Assembly (NCBI GenBank): GCA_965198005.1
Contig: CBDAOI010000004.1
Coordinates: 1,824,001-1,888,000, forward strand
DNA length: 64,000 nucleotides
DNA from: Spirochaetia bacterium
Lineage (GTDB): Bacteria; Spirochaetota; Spirochaetia; SZUA-6; Bin103
Direction of reading: 5' to 3'
The position numbers and the translations under genes are program-made. This document shows, piece by piece, positions 38,248-49,169 of this stretch. The stretch's first letter is position 1. Each line of letters starts with the position of its first letter. The notes under the pieces are model-generated. The model was not told the DNA's origin. It ran no database searches and was given only the letters and a program-made list of their open reading frames with translations.

Positions 38248-40047
38248 TCACAGCAGCCGCTCCAGCTCGGTGACGTGGGTGGCGAAGGTGTCCAGCGCGT
38301 GCTGCACCGGCTGCGGGCTGCTCATGTCCACCCCGGCGAGGCGCAGGGACTCGAACGGGTAGCGTGAACCGCCCGAGCGCAGGAACGCCAAGTACTGGTC
38401 GCGCTCGGCGGCGCCGCCGCCTTGCACCCGCTGCGCCAAAGCCACCGCCGCCGACAGGCCGGTGGCGTACTTGTACACGTAGAAGGCGCGGTAGAAGTGC
38501 GGAATGCGCAGCCCCTCCAGATCGCTCTCCGGCTCCGGTTCCAGCTCCGGTCCGAAGTACCGCTCCAGCAGGCCGCGATAAGTGGCGCGCAACGAGTCCA
38601 CCGTAAGCGGCTCGCCGCGCTCGGCCAGCTCGTGGGTGAGGTGCTCGAACTCCGCGAACATCGTCTGGCGGTAGACCGTGGCGATGATGTCGTCGGCCTG
38701 CTTGCCGATCAGATAGGCGCGCAGGTCGGCGCGGTCGGCGCGCTGCATCAGGGAGGTGAACAGGAGCTGCTCGTTGAAGGTGGAGGCGACTTCCGCCTCG
38801 AAGATGCTGTAGCCGTAGTGCTGGATCGGGTTGCTGCGGGCGCTGTGCCACGAATGCATCGAGTGCCCCGCCTCGTGGGCGAGGGTGAATACGTCGCGCA
38901 GCACGTCCTGCTTGAAGTTCATGAGGATGTAGGGATCGCCGACGTAGGAGCCGGCCGAAAACGCGCCGGAGCGCTTGCCCTTGTTTTCGTAGCGGTCGAC
39001 CCAGCCGCCGAGCAGGCCGGAGCGCAGGGTGGCGCAGTAGTCGTCGCCGAGCGGGCGCAGCGCGTCGATCACCACGTCCACCGCCTGCTCGTAGGTGTGC
39101 CGCACCTGGACGTCCCGCACCAGCGGCACATAGACGTCGTAATGCCGCAGCCGCTCCACCCCGAGCGCGTGCCGGCGCAGTCCGTAGTAGGCGTGGAGCT
39201 GCTCCAGGTTGGCGTGCACGGTGGCCACCAGGTTGTCGTACACCTCGGGGCCGACCCGGTCCGGGAACAGCGCCGCGGCGCGCGACGATGGGTAGTTGCG
39301 CGCGCGGGCGCGGTAGATGTCGAGCTGCACGCTGCCGGCGTAGAGCGCCGCCAGGGTGTTCTTGTGCTGGTCGAAGTGGGCGTAGAACTGCCGGTAGGCG
39401 CGTTCCCGCAGCGCGCGGTCGGGATGCAGCATGAACTGCGACCAGGTGGACTGGGTCAGGGGACGCGGCCCGTCGGGAGTGTCGATGGTGCCGAAGTCAA
39501 GATCGACGTCGGTGAGGGCGGTAAACGCCTTGTGCGCGGTCTCGTTGGCCTCGATCTGCATCGCCAGCAGCCGTTCCTGCGGTTCGCTGAGGACGTGCGG
39601 CTTGAACCGCAGCAGCTTGCGCAGGGAGATGCCGAACTCGGCCAGCGTGGGGTCGGCCAGAAACTGCTCCATCAGCGCATCGGGAATCGCCTGGATCTCG
39701 GGGGGGACGTAGCTGCGCTCGGTCGCGGCGCGGCTGGCCACGTTGAGGTAGCGCGCGAAGCGCGCCTGATTGTCGCTGGCGCCGGCATCTTCGCTGCTGC
39801 GCAGTTGGGCGTAGTACCCGGCCCGCTCGTCCATCAGTTCCAGCTCGTTCAGGAATTCGAGGCAGGCGCGCAGCGCGGCCGGGGACTGGCCGAGGGTGCC
39901 CTTGAAGGCCGCGATGCGCGGCAGCATCGCCTCGTATTCGGCGATGCCCCGTTCCCAGGCGGCGGCGGAGGGGAACAGCCGGGTGAGGTCCCACTGATCC
40001 GCCGCGGGGACTTCGCTCCGTTGGGGAATGGTTACGGTGTCGCTCAT
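38248..40047 (-). CDS. pepF: Oligoendopeptidase F (M3B)
   Basis: KGKRSGAFS, TLAHEAGHSMH, AEVAST, RIPHFY, YVYKYATG. Confidence 0.93.
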   Translation of the reverse strand: MSDTVTIPQRSEVPAADQWDLTRLFPSAAAWERGIAEYEAMLPRIAAFKGTLGQSPAALRACLEFLNELELMDERAGYYAQLRSSEDAGASDNQARFARYLNVASRAATERSYVPPEIQAIPDALMEQFLADPTLAEFGISLRKLLRFKPHVLSEPQERLLAMQIEANETAHKAFTALTDVDLDFGTIDTPDGPRPLTQSTWSQFMLHPDRALRERAYRQFYAHFDQHKNTLAALYAGSVQLDIYRARARNYPSSRAAALFPDRVGPEVYDNLVATVHANLEQLHAYYGLRRHALGVERLRHYDVYVPLVRDVQVRHTYEQAVDVVIDALRPLGDDYCATLRSGLLGGWVDRYENKGKRSGAFSAGSYVGDPYILMNFKQDVLRDVFTLAHEAGHSMHSWHSARSNPIQHYGYSIFEAEVASTFNEQLLFTSLMQRADRADLRAYLIGKQADDIIATVYRQTMFAEFEHLTHELAERGEPLTVDSLRATYRGLLERYFGPELEPEPESDLEGLRIPHFYRAFYVYKYATGLSAAVALAQRVQGGGAAERDQYLAFLRSGGSRYPFESLRLAGVDMSSPQPVQHALDTFATHVTELERLL

Positions 40048-40220
40048 GGTCGTGCGGGTTGCATGGTGGCGGCCAGGGGGGCGCGCGGCAACCCAGGTTG
40101 AGGCGCGCGGCGGGGGCGGCGCGGGTGCGTTTCGTGGCGGCCGTCGGCGGCCCGGTGCGGCCGGGTCGGCCGGGTCTGTGTTCTGGAAACGGCGGGGCGT
40201 TTGGGTGCACACTGGCGCCC

Positions 40221-41321
40221 ATGAAGAGCTACCAGTTGATCGAATGGGGCCAGCCGCTCGAAGCGCGCACCTATCCCACGCCCGACCCGCAGGGCACCGA
40301 GGTGCTGGTGGAGCTCGAGGTGTGCGGGGTGTGTCACAGCGACCTGCATATTCAGGAGGGATTTTTCAACTTGGGCCGGGGGCGCAAGAAGGTGCTCGCC
40401 GATCAGGGGGTGGTGCTGCCCCTGACCATGGGGCACGAGCCGGTCGGCCGGGTGGCCGCGGTCGGGCCCGACCTGGGCGCCGCCGCGGCGGCGGGGGTCC
40501 CGATCGGCGCGCCGCGGGTGGTGTGGCCGTGGGTGGGCTGCCGCCGGTGCGCGGCCTGCACCCGCGGCGAGGACATCCTGTGCGAGCGCGGGCGCTACCT
40601 GGGCGCGCGCGTGGACGGCGGCTACAGCGACTACATGCTGGTGCCGCATCCCTGCTACCTGCAGCCGTACGACGGGGTGGAGCCGGAGGTGGTCGCCACC
40701 TACGCCTGCGCCGGCATCACCGGCTACGCGGCGGTCAAGCGGGCGCTCACGGCCAATCCCTCCACGATGCGGACGCTCGGGCGGATCGGCGCCGGCGATG
40801 CCGTGTTGCTGGTCGGTGCCGGTGGAGTGGGGCTGAGCGCGTTGCGGATCGTGCGGGCGCTGACCGACGCAACCTTGATCGTGGCGGAGATCAGCGAGCA
40901 GAAGCGGCAGTTGGCGCTGGCCAACGGCGCGGACCAGGTAATCGACAGCACCGACCCGGAGGCGGGCCGCGCCCTCAAGGCGGCCACCGGGGCGGGGGTG
41001 GCCGCCTCGATCGACTTCGTCGGTCAGCCGGAGACCTCGCAACTGGGCATCGACTCCCTGCGGCGCGGCGGCACCCACGTGATCGTGGGGCTGTTCGGCG
41101 GTGCGCTGGACCTGCCGATGGGCGACTTCATCTACAAGTTGATGGTGGTGCGCGGCTCCCACCTCGGCACGCCGCAGGACCTGACCGAGTTGATCGAGTT
41201 GCGCCGCGCCGGCAGGATCGTGCCGCCGCCCATCGCCGTGCGGCCGCTGGCCGAGATCAACGACGTGCTGGCGACCATGACCGCAGGACACCTGGACGGT
41301 CGCGTGGTCGTGGCTCCGTAG
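40221..41321 (+). CDS. Zinc-dependent alcohol dehydrogenase
   Basis: CGVCHSD, GHE, structural Cys cluster, GAGGVG. Confidence 0.92.
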   Translation: MKSYQLIEWGQPLEARTYPTPDPQGTEVLVELEVCGVCHSDLHIQEGFFNLGRGRKKVLADQGVVLPLTMGHEPVGRVAAVGPDLGAAAAAGVPIGAPRVVWPWVGCRRCAACTRGEDILCERGRYLGARVDGGYSDYMLVPHPCYLQPYDGVEPEVVATYACAGITGYAAVKRALTANPSTMRTLGRIGAGDAVLLVGAGGVGLSALRIVRALTDATLIVAEISEQKRQLALANGADQVIDSTDPEAGRALKAATGAGVAASIDFVGQPETSQLGIDSLRRGGTHVIVGLFGGALDLPMGDFIYKLMVVRGSHLGTPQDLTELIELRRAGRIVPPPIAVRPLAEINDVLATMTAGHLDGRVVVAP

Positions 41322-41325
41322 GAGA

Positions 41326-43071
41326 GTGAGCGCACACTCCAATGAACGTGGCCGCGTAGGGCCGGGAGCGTTGCGCCGCGTCTTGCACGCGCATTGGCGC
41401 AGCATCGCGCTGTCCGCGGTCTCCGGCCTCGTGTTCTCGGCCACCATGCTGGTGCCCCCGCTCTACGTGCGTGGTCTGATCGCGGACATTACCGGCGCGC
41501 TACCCGGTGCCGGGGCCGGTGCCGACCTGAGCGCGGGCGCGGGGCGGGCGACCGGTCCCGGCGCCGCTTCGCTGGGCGTGATCGGCCTGGCGCTGGCGGG
41601 CGTGTTCGCGTTGCGCGGCGCCGCCCGCTACCTGTACGGCCAGAGTTCCCACACCGCCGCCTACGCGCTGCTGAGCGACCTGCTGGTCCGGGTGTACGAG
41701 CATCTGCAGCGGCTCTCGCACCGCTTCTTCGACCGGCAGCGCACCGGGGCGTTGCTCGCGCGCTCGGTGAGCGACGTGGAGGAGCTCGAGGACTTCGTCG
41801 CGCACGGGATTCCGGACTTGGTGCAGGCGTGCGCGATCCCGCTGGCGATGATCGTGGTGCTGATCGTGATCGACCCGCTGCTGACGCTGGTGGTGCTGCT
41901 GCCGCTGCCGCCGGCCGGGGTGGCGGTGCTGCTGCTGACACGCCACGTGCGCCGCGTCTGGCGCCGGGTGCGGGAACGGTTCGCGGCCATGGTCGCGACG
42001 GTCGAGGACAGCCTGCTGGGCATGAGCGAGATCAAGTCGTTCAACCGCGAGCGCCGGCAGACGCGACGGATCGCAGCGCTGAGCGGCGGCTACCGCGATT
42101 CGATGATCCGCGCCACGCGCATTTCGCTGCTGCCGGTGGCGCTGGTGGAGATGACCGGCGGGCTCGGCATCGTGCTGGCGGTGGTGTACGGCGGCGGCGC
42201 CGCGCTGCAGGGGACGATGGCGGTGGCCGACCTGTACGTGTTCGTGGCCTACCTCACCTTCATCTACCAGCCGTTTCTCAAGCTCGCCGACATCGGCGAG
42301 AGCCTGCACCGGGCCTGGGCCAGCTACTGCCGGATCGACGAGCTGTTGGCCGTGGAGCCGGACATCGTCAGTCCGCCCGGCGCGCTGCGGCCCGCGTCGT
42401 TGGCGGGATCCGTGGAGTTCGACGCCGTGTCGTTCGCCTACCAGCCGGGGGTGCCGGTGCTGGAGGAGGCGAGCTTCGCGGTCGAGCCGGGGGAGGTGGT
42501 GGCGCTGGTGGGCCCCACCGGAGTTGGCAAGACGACCGTGACCCGCCTCGTGCCGCGCTTCTACGATCCGCAGGCGGGGCGGGTGCTGGTGGGCGGCCAC
42601 GACGTGCGCACCCTGGATCTCGGCTATCTGCGCCGCCGGGTGGGGATCGTGAGCCAGGACGTGTTTTTGTTCCACGGCACGGTGCGCGACAACATCCTGT
42701 TCGGGCGCCCGGAGGCCGGCGACGCCGCGCTGCAGGCGGCCGCGCGTGCCGCCAACGCCGAGGAGTTCATCCGCGAGCTGCCGGACGGCTACGACGCGGT
42801 GGTGGGGGACCGCGGCGTGCGCCTGTCGGGCGGGCAGCGCCAGCGGGTCGCGATTGCGCGGGCGTTGCTCAAGGATGCCCCGCTCCTGATTCTCGACGAA
42901 GCGACCTCGGCGGTGGACGTGGCGACCGAGGCGCTGATTCAGGAGGCGCTGCTGCGCCTGCTGCGCGGGCGCACGGCGCTGATCATCGCCCACCGCCGGT
43001 CGACGATCGAACGGGCCGGGCGGCGGATCGAGCTGGCCGCGGGCCGCGTGGTGGAGCGGCAAACGGCGTAG
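41326..43071 (+). CDS. Fused permease/ATPase ABC exporter (MsbA-like)
   Basis: TM domain followed by GPTGVGKT, LSGGQRQR, LDEATS. Confidence 0.9.
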   Translation: MSAHSNERGRVGPGALRRVLHAHWRSIALSAVSGLVFSATMLVPPLYVRGLIADITGALPGAGAGADLSAGAGRATGPGAASLGVIGLALAGVFALRGAARYLYGQSSHTAAYALLSDLLVRVYEHLQRLSHRFFDRQRTGALLARSVSDVEELEDFVAHGIPDLVQACAIPLAMIVVLIVIDPLLTLVVLLPLPPAGVAVLLLTRHVRRVWRRVRERFAAMVATVEDSLLGMSEIKSFNRERRQTRRIAALSGGYRDSMIRATRISLLPVALVEMTGGLGIVLAVVYGGGAALQGTMAVADLYVFVAYLTFIYQPFLKLADIGESLHRAWASYCRIDELLAVEPDIVSPPGALRPASLAGSVEFDAVSFAYQPGVPVLEEASFAVEPGEVVALVGPTGVGKTTVTRLVPRFYDPQAGRVLVGGHDVRTLDLGYLRRRVGIVSQDVFLFHGTVRDNILFGRPEAGDAALQAAARAANAEEFIRELPDGYDAVVGDRGVRLSGGQRQRVAIARALLKDAPLLILDEATSAVDVATEALIQEALLRLLRGRTALIIAHRRSTIERAGRRIELAAGRVVERQTA

Positions 43072-43084
43072 CCGGGGACGCGGT

Positions 43085-43879
43085 TCAGCCGGCCCGCCCC
43101 TCCGGCCGCTCCAGGCCCTCCAGCCCCTCCAGGATACCGGCGCACACGGTGCGCGAGTTGGCCGCCGCGCGCCGCAGGTAGGCCCCGAAGTCGGCCGGCG
43201 CGCTGGCGTCGGCCCGGTCGGACACCGAGCGAATGATCACGAACGGCACGCGGTTGACGGTCGCCACCAGGGCGATCGCCGCCCCCTCCATCTCCACCAC
43301 GATACCGCCGAGCGCGCGCAGCCGGTCGCGCTGGGTCGGGGCCGGATCCTGGATGAACTGGTCGCCGGTCAGGATGCGGCCGGCCACCACCCGCTGCCCG
43401 GGGACCGGGGTGGCCAACGCCAGCGCGACCAGCTTCTCGTCGGCCCGCAGAAAGCGGTAATCGGTGTCGGGCACCTGGCCGAGGGCGAAGCCGAGCGCGG
43501 TGGCGTCGAGGTCGTGCTGTACGCAATCGCGGCTCACCACCACGTCGCCGAGGTCCAGTTCCGGCCGCACGCTACCGGCGATGCCGGTCACGATCAGGTA
43601 GTCGGGACGCGTCCGGTCGAGCAGGTGCTGGGCTCCCATGGCGGCCATCACCTTGCCCACGCCGGAGCGCATCAGCGTTACGTCCACGCGGCCCAGAGAG
43701 AACCGATAGGCGGGGAACCGGGCCTCCTCCGGCTGCGTTCCCCACTGCTCCATCGGCGCCGGGTCCAGGTCGTGGGCGCGGCGAAATGCGTCGATCTCCT
43801 GGCGCAGGGCGGCGAGGATCGCGACCCGGATGCGCGCCCCCGCGCCCGCGGTCGGCCCGGGACCGCCCGCGGCGCTCAT
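43085..43879 (-). CDS. mtnN: 5'-methylthioadenosine/SAH nucleosidase
   Basis: SGVGKV, TGIAG, TGDQFI, VEMEGAA, RSVSD. Confidence 0.9.
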   Translation of the reverse strand: MSAAGGPGPTAGAGARIRVAILAALRQEIDAFRRAHDLDPAPMEQWGTQPEEARFPAYRFSLGRVDVTLMRSGVGKVMAAMGAQHLLDRTRPDYLIVTGIAGSVRPELDLGDVVVSRDCVQHDLDATALGFALGQVPDTDYRFLRADEKLVALALATPVPGQRVVAGRILTGDQFIQDPAPTQRDRLRALGGIVVEMEGAAIALVATVNRVPFVIIRSVSDRADASAPADFGAYLRRAAANSRTVCAGILEGLEGLERPEGRAG

Positions 43880-43974
43880 ACCGGCACACCGGCCGGATCG
43901 GGCTCGACTGCTTTCATGGTCCCCACACCATAACATGCGATAGCAGCCGCCGCCGATGTGATACGCTGCGCGGC

Positions 43975-44970
43975 GTGGCTGTCGGCACGTTCGATCTTCT
44001 CACTCCGCACGTCGCCATGAGCGCACTCGAATCGGTCATCGCCACCCGCGTGGACGGGGCGCTGACCGGCTTCCCGAGCTACGTCAACCGGGTCTACGGC
44101 TTCGGCGGCGAAGACGGGCGGCAGTATGTGGCCAAGTTCTATCGGCCGGGCCGCTGGTCGTACGAGGCGATCATGGAGGAGCACGACCTGGTCGGCGAAT
44201 GCGCTGCGCTGGAGCTGCCGGTGGTGGCGCCGCTGGCCGACGCGGACGGCGAGACGCTGCACCTGGTGCACGCCGTGACGGGCGCCGCGGAACAGGAGTA
44301 CCAGTTCGTGGTCTACCCCAAGCGCAGCGGGCGCAACTTCGATGCCGACCGCGACTCCGACTGGCTCCGCATCGGGGCGCTGGTCGGCCGGCTGCACCTG
44401 GCGGCCGCGGCCGGCACCGCCCGCCACCGCATGGTCTGCACGCCGGCCGCCTCGACCGCGCGCTTCCTGCAGGAGCTGGCTGCGGCGAAGGTGGTGACGC
44501 CGGCCGCGGCGCCGGAGTTCTTCGACCTGGCGGCGGCCGGCATCGAGCGCATCGAGCCGCTGTTCGACGGCGTGCCGCGGCAGCGCCTGCACGGCGACTG
44601 CCACCGCGGCAACATCCTGGACCGGGCGAAGGAAGGACTGCTGATCATCGACTTCGACGACATGATGGTCGGCCCGGCGGTGCAGGACCTGTGGCTGCTG
44701 CTGCCCGGCCGCGTGCACGACAGCCGGCGGGAGCTGGCGCTGCTGATCGAAGGCTACGAGCAATTCCGGCCGTTCGACTGGCGCACGGTGGCGCTGATCG
44801 AGCCGCTGCGCCTGATGCGGATGATCTACTACCTCGCGTGGTCTGCCCTGCAACGCCACGACCGCCGCTTCCTGGAGTCCTTCCCGCAGTGGGGCGCTCC
44901 GGCATTCTGGATCCGCGAAATCGAGGACCTGCGCACCCAGCTCCGCGTGATCGACGATGGCCTCGGCTGA
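43975..44970 (+). CDS. srkA: Stress-response Ser/Thr kinase SrkA/RdoA
   Basis: SYVNRVY, KFYRPGRW, LHGDCHRGN, IDFDD, GPAVQDLW; GTG 7 nt after TGATACGCT. Confidence 0.88.
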   Translation: MAVGTFDLLTPHVAMSALESVIATRVDGALTGFPSYVNRVYGFGGEDGRQYVAKFYRPGRWSYEAIMEEHDLVGECAALELPVVAPLADADGETLHLVHAVTGAAEQEYQFVVYPKRSGRNFDADRDSDWLRIGALVGRLHLAAAAGTARHRMVCTPAASTARFLQELAAAKVVTPAAAPEFFDLAAAGIERIEPLFDGVPRQRLHGDCHRGNILDRAKEGLLIIDFDDMMVGPAVQDLWLLLPGRVHDSRRELALLIEGYEQFRPFDWRTVALIEPLRLMRMIYYLAWSALQRHDRRFLESFPQWGAPAFWIREIEDLRTQLRVIDDGLG

Positions 44971-45027
44971 TTCAATGAACCGGTTGCAGCTTGACTTGTC
45001 GGAGGTAGGGCAAGACACTCGATTCGC

Positions 45028-45723
45028 ATGTTGACCCGGCTACAGGTTTCCGGTTTCAAGAACCTGGTCGACGTGGATCTCCGCCTTGGTTCGTTTACCT
45101 GCGTAGTCGGGCCGAACGGGGCGGGTAAGTCGAACCTGTTCGACGCGATTCGGTTTCTGAGTGGACTGGCCAACGGCATCTCATGTTTCCCCACAGTGCA
45201 AAGGACTGGCGCAAGTCCGTCGTGCGGGGTCGGCGGAGCGCGCACCACTTCATCTCAACCGAGGGGAGGGTGAGAACCGCGTGATCAAGCTGCATCAGGA
45301 TGGCGGCAGCAGTGGACGTCCGTTGCTGCCGGACGAATTGGCCGGACGAATTCGTTTCTCCCACCCACCTGGGAGCCGACGGACGTCATCTTGCGGCCAC
45401 GCTGCACCGGCCGGCGCGCAAATCAGGGAAGCATGGGCATGGCGGCAACGGGCAAGCTCCGGGTGAGAGCCTCTATGGGGCAGCTTCCAACGCCGAGCGC
45501 GAACAAGTGTATGGCCACGTCACCAACCGCTGCGGGGCACCGTTTCAAGAAAGCACAATTCCTGTGTTTGTCGGATACCTGGCGAGCGCAAGAGAGCGAC
45601 TATGCCGTTCGTGGTGAACTTCTCGCATATCTGAATCCGGTGCTGCTCGAGGCACCGGGAGAATCGGCGGTCAAGAAACGGGTCGTCGATAGAGAAGACA
45701 TGCAACAGGCAGTTTCCTTATTA
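45028..45723 (+). pseudogene. Fragmented ABC/AAA ATPase
   Basis: MLTRLQVSGFKN...GPNGAGKSNLFDAI, then fragments in other frames (IKLHQDG, LGADGRHLAATL, ELLAYLNP). Confidence 0.75.
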
Positions 45724-45734
45724 GTTCGGCATCT

Positions 45735-46025
45735 GTGCAAAGATTGAGATACACGTTGGTGGCAGATGGCGCGTCTGATCGCGCCTTGATCCCAATTCTC
45801 ACGTGGCTATTGAAGAAGTTCTGCGGTGCTCTTGCTATCCAGCCAGAGTATTCTGACCTGCGGCGTCTGAGGAACCCACCGAGGAGACTCTCTGAACGTA
45901 TCGCAAGGAGTATTGAACTGTATCCTTGCGATATGTTATTCGCCCAATCTCGGATCGACGAAATATCTGCGGCTCTCCGGCAGAGTCAGATAAGTACACC
46001 GTCTGTAGTGTGTGTAGTTCCCTAG
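45735..46025 (+). pseudogene. N-terminal half of a DUF4276-like TOPRIM protein
   Basis: YTLVADGASDRALIPIL...YPCD...VVCVVP then stop. Confidence 0.7.
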
Positions 46026-46146
46026 CCACTGCTCCGTCTGGCTGCTACGAAATGCTCCACACGGTCGCGCGTTGCGGGCCCGAGAGTAGCCAGAGAGCGG
46101 CAATCCGCTACGGAATACTCTCGAAATAACATTCAAGGAAGAAACG

Positions 46147-47939
46147 ATGAAGATATTTTTTCAAGGACCTTCGCGATTGCGTTGGTCCTAGTTCTGACCG
46201 CGACCGGCCTCTGGGCCGCTGGCGCAGAAGAGGAACCCGCAGCCGCTGCCGATAAGAAGTATGTCACCGACCCCGTCACCGGCAAGGTGTACTCCGCGCC
46301 AGAGTATGGCGGGACAGTCACGGCTGCCATGCGAATCCCGAAGGACGCTGTTGACCCCGCTGTAGGTGGAGGGGCCAACACGATCAGCATGATCGTTAAT
46401 GAGAAGCTAGGCCAGTTGAACTGGGCACTAGATAGGGACGCTTATTCTTTTACCGGCGGCTACATGACGCCTGTATACGCCCTAATCGGGGCGCTGGCTG
46501 AAAGCTGGTCGCAGCCCGACTTACTGACGTATATCGCCAATATCCGCCAGGGCGTTCACTGGCACGATAAGGCACCGATGAATGGGCGGGAGTTAACTGC
46601 CGAGGATGTAGAATATAACTTTCACCGAATGTTGGGTATGGGCAAGTTTGCCGACGCCGGACCTTGGCCCACCTTAGGGGAATTCGGAGCTGTGGCTTGG
46701 GAATCGATAGAGGCCACCGACACATGGACGGTTGTTTTCAAGCTGAAGGAGCCAAGTCTCCGTGCCCAAATGCTTATCTTGGACGGCCACCTTCAGATTA
46801 TACTGCCCCCCGAGGTAATCGAGGAACACGACGACATTTCCGATTGGAGGAACCTGGTTGGCACCGGGCCTTATGAGCTGACTGACTGGGTCAAAAACAG
46901 TTCTCGTGAATACACCAGGAACCCTAACTACTGGGGCTTCGACCCAAAATACCCGGAGAACCGCTTGCCCTATCTTGACAAGATACAGGAACTTCTTATC
47001 CCGGAAGTGTCAACACGTCTGGCGGGAATGCGCTCGGGTAAGCTCGATTACATAGGACATGGGGGCGCCACTCAAATAGGGGTGGTGGACCAAGCATTGA
47101 GTCTCATGCGGACCAACCCCGAACTCCAGCTGTACCCGTGGTCGCAACGATCGGATTCCGCTGCTCATATGAACGTGTCCAAGCCTCCCTTTAACGACAT
47201 CCGGGTGCGCCGGGCAATGCAGATGGCCCTGGACCTCGAGACAATGGACGCATCCTACTTTAAGGGGTATTCAGATTGGATACCCATGGGACTAGTAGGC
47301 AGGGCTGCCAAAGGGTATATGACCCCATATGAAGAGTGGTCCGACGAGCTCAAGGGATACTATGCCTATGACCCGGAAGGGGCCGAAGCGTTACTTGATG
47401 AGGCCGGGTATCCCCGCGGCGCCGACGGCATTAGATTCAAGACCGCGTACATGCACCTCCCCGTGGCTCCTTTGGGCTTGAGAGAATTCATGGCTGCATA
47501 CTGGCTAGAGATTGGCATTGACGTCGATATTGAGGCACTTGAGTTGGCAGAATGGGTAGCTAGAAGGAATAATAAGGATTTTGAAGTGCAGCACGCCTCC
47601 ACGGGCTTCGACCTTGATCCAATGGGTTCAGCAATGAATCTCTTTTACTCGAAAGGCACGTCGTGGACCACAGTCGTCGACGCTCAATATGACGCCTGGT
47701 ATGAAGCCGCCTTGGCGGCTACGACTTTGGAGGAGCAGAGGGACCTGATCAAAAAGATGGACATGCGCTCCATAGAGCAGGCCTGGTTCATCTGGGGACC
47801 CACGGCTCAATCGTTTAACGTGGCCCAGCCGTGGGTGATGGGTTATAACGGCGAAGGCATCGTAGGAGGAAGCGCGAATCGTCATGTCTGGAAATTCCTC
47901 TGGATTGATGGTGAGATGAAGCAAGCAATGGGTCATTAG
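46147..47939 (+). CDS. Peptide/nickel ABC substrate-binding protein (family 5), frameshifted in the signal-peptide region
   Basis: GTGPY, DIRVRRAM; ATG 46147 (RBS AAGGAAG) is out of frame with the body across a T6 run at 46156-46161. Confidence 0.85.
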
Positions 47940-47959
47940 TGGCTGAACCTAGGAAATAA

Positions 47960-47989
47960 GGAGCTGGGAAGCTCACGCTTCCCAGCTCC
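47960..47989. repeat. Strong intercistronic hairpin
   Basis: GGAGCTGGGAAGC-TCAC-GCTTCCCAGCTCC, 13-bp perfect stem. Confidence 0.8.
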
Positions 47990-48163
47990 CACACACGATG
48001 TCATTGCGAGACGTGCCTTCCCAGAAAACGCAACCATTCGAAATTTCGCTGGATTCCCGCTTTCGCCGGAGTGAGAGGAGCCAACCCGTATCTGATACGG
48101 GGTTGGGGTATACACCACAATGACAAAGGGATTGGCGGGGGAAATTGCAATGATGGGTGTGAC

Positions 48164-49167
48164 ATGAGAGCCTATATCATCAGGCGGCTATTGCTCAAAT
48201 CCCCACCCTGTGGATATTGACCATCATAGTCTTTCTCTTGGTCCGATTCATCCCCGGCGATATAATTGACGTAATAGAGGGCAGGATGGAATACTCTCAA
48301 CCCGGCACGATTGACCGTGAAGCTGTTGAGCGTATGCTGGGATTAGACGTGCCTACCTACGTGCAGTATGGACGCTGGATAGGAGTGTTGCCTAGCCCTG
48401 ACCGGATTACCGGTGAGTCCCAATTTAACGGTCTCCTCCAGGGCACCCTTGGCGAATCACTGTTTGTCGGCCATTTGACGATAACGGAGGAGATATTAGG
48501 TGGATTGCCGGTAACCATTGAGCTTGGCGTCATGGCAATCGTAATCGGGATAGTGATAGCGCTGCCAGTCGGCATCTACTCGGCGATTCGCCAGGATACT
48601 GCCGCCGACTACGTGGGGCGCTCCGTCGCCATCATCGGCATGGCAACGCCTAACTTCTGGCTCGGAATCATGGTCATGATGTTCCCGGCAATCTGGTGGG
48701 GCTGGTCGCCGCCGATGAAGCTGATTCTTTTCTCAGAAGACCCGTTAGGGAATCTTGGGATGTTCCTCATTCCCAGCGTGATTCTGGGGACGGCCATGGC
48801 GGCCGGCACGATGCGGATGACGCGCACGATGATGCTGGAGGTGCTCAGGCAGGACTATATCAGGACGGCCTGGTCTAAGGGTCTCAATGAGAGGGTAGTT
48901 GTCCTGAGACACGCCGTCAAGAATGCATTCATACCGGTAGTTACCGGGATAGGTATGCAGTTGCCTATCCTGATAGGTGGCTCCGTTATCATGGAGAATA
49001 TCTTCAACCTGCCGGGATTAGGTCGTCTCACGGTGGATGCACTCAGTAACAGGGACTACCCGATGGTCTCCGGAATAAACCTGGTTTTCGCCACAATGGT
49101 TGTAGGGGTGAATTTAATGATCGACCTGATTTACCCGTACTTAGACCCCAGGGTCCGATACAGCTAA
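48164..49167 (+). CDS. Peptide ABC permease (DppB-like), 1-nt frameshift near codon 12
   Basis: MRAYIIRRLLL, then frame shift to IPTLWILTII; DYIRTAWSKG, LDPR. Confidence 0.85.
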
Positions 49168-49169
49168 AA

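Noticed and set aside
48048-48075. REP/dRS3-like palindrome remnant (CTGGATTCCCGCTTTCGCCGGAGTGA)
   Set aside because: Single degenerate copy in the window; cannot be supported as a repeat family from this sequence alone
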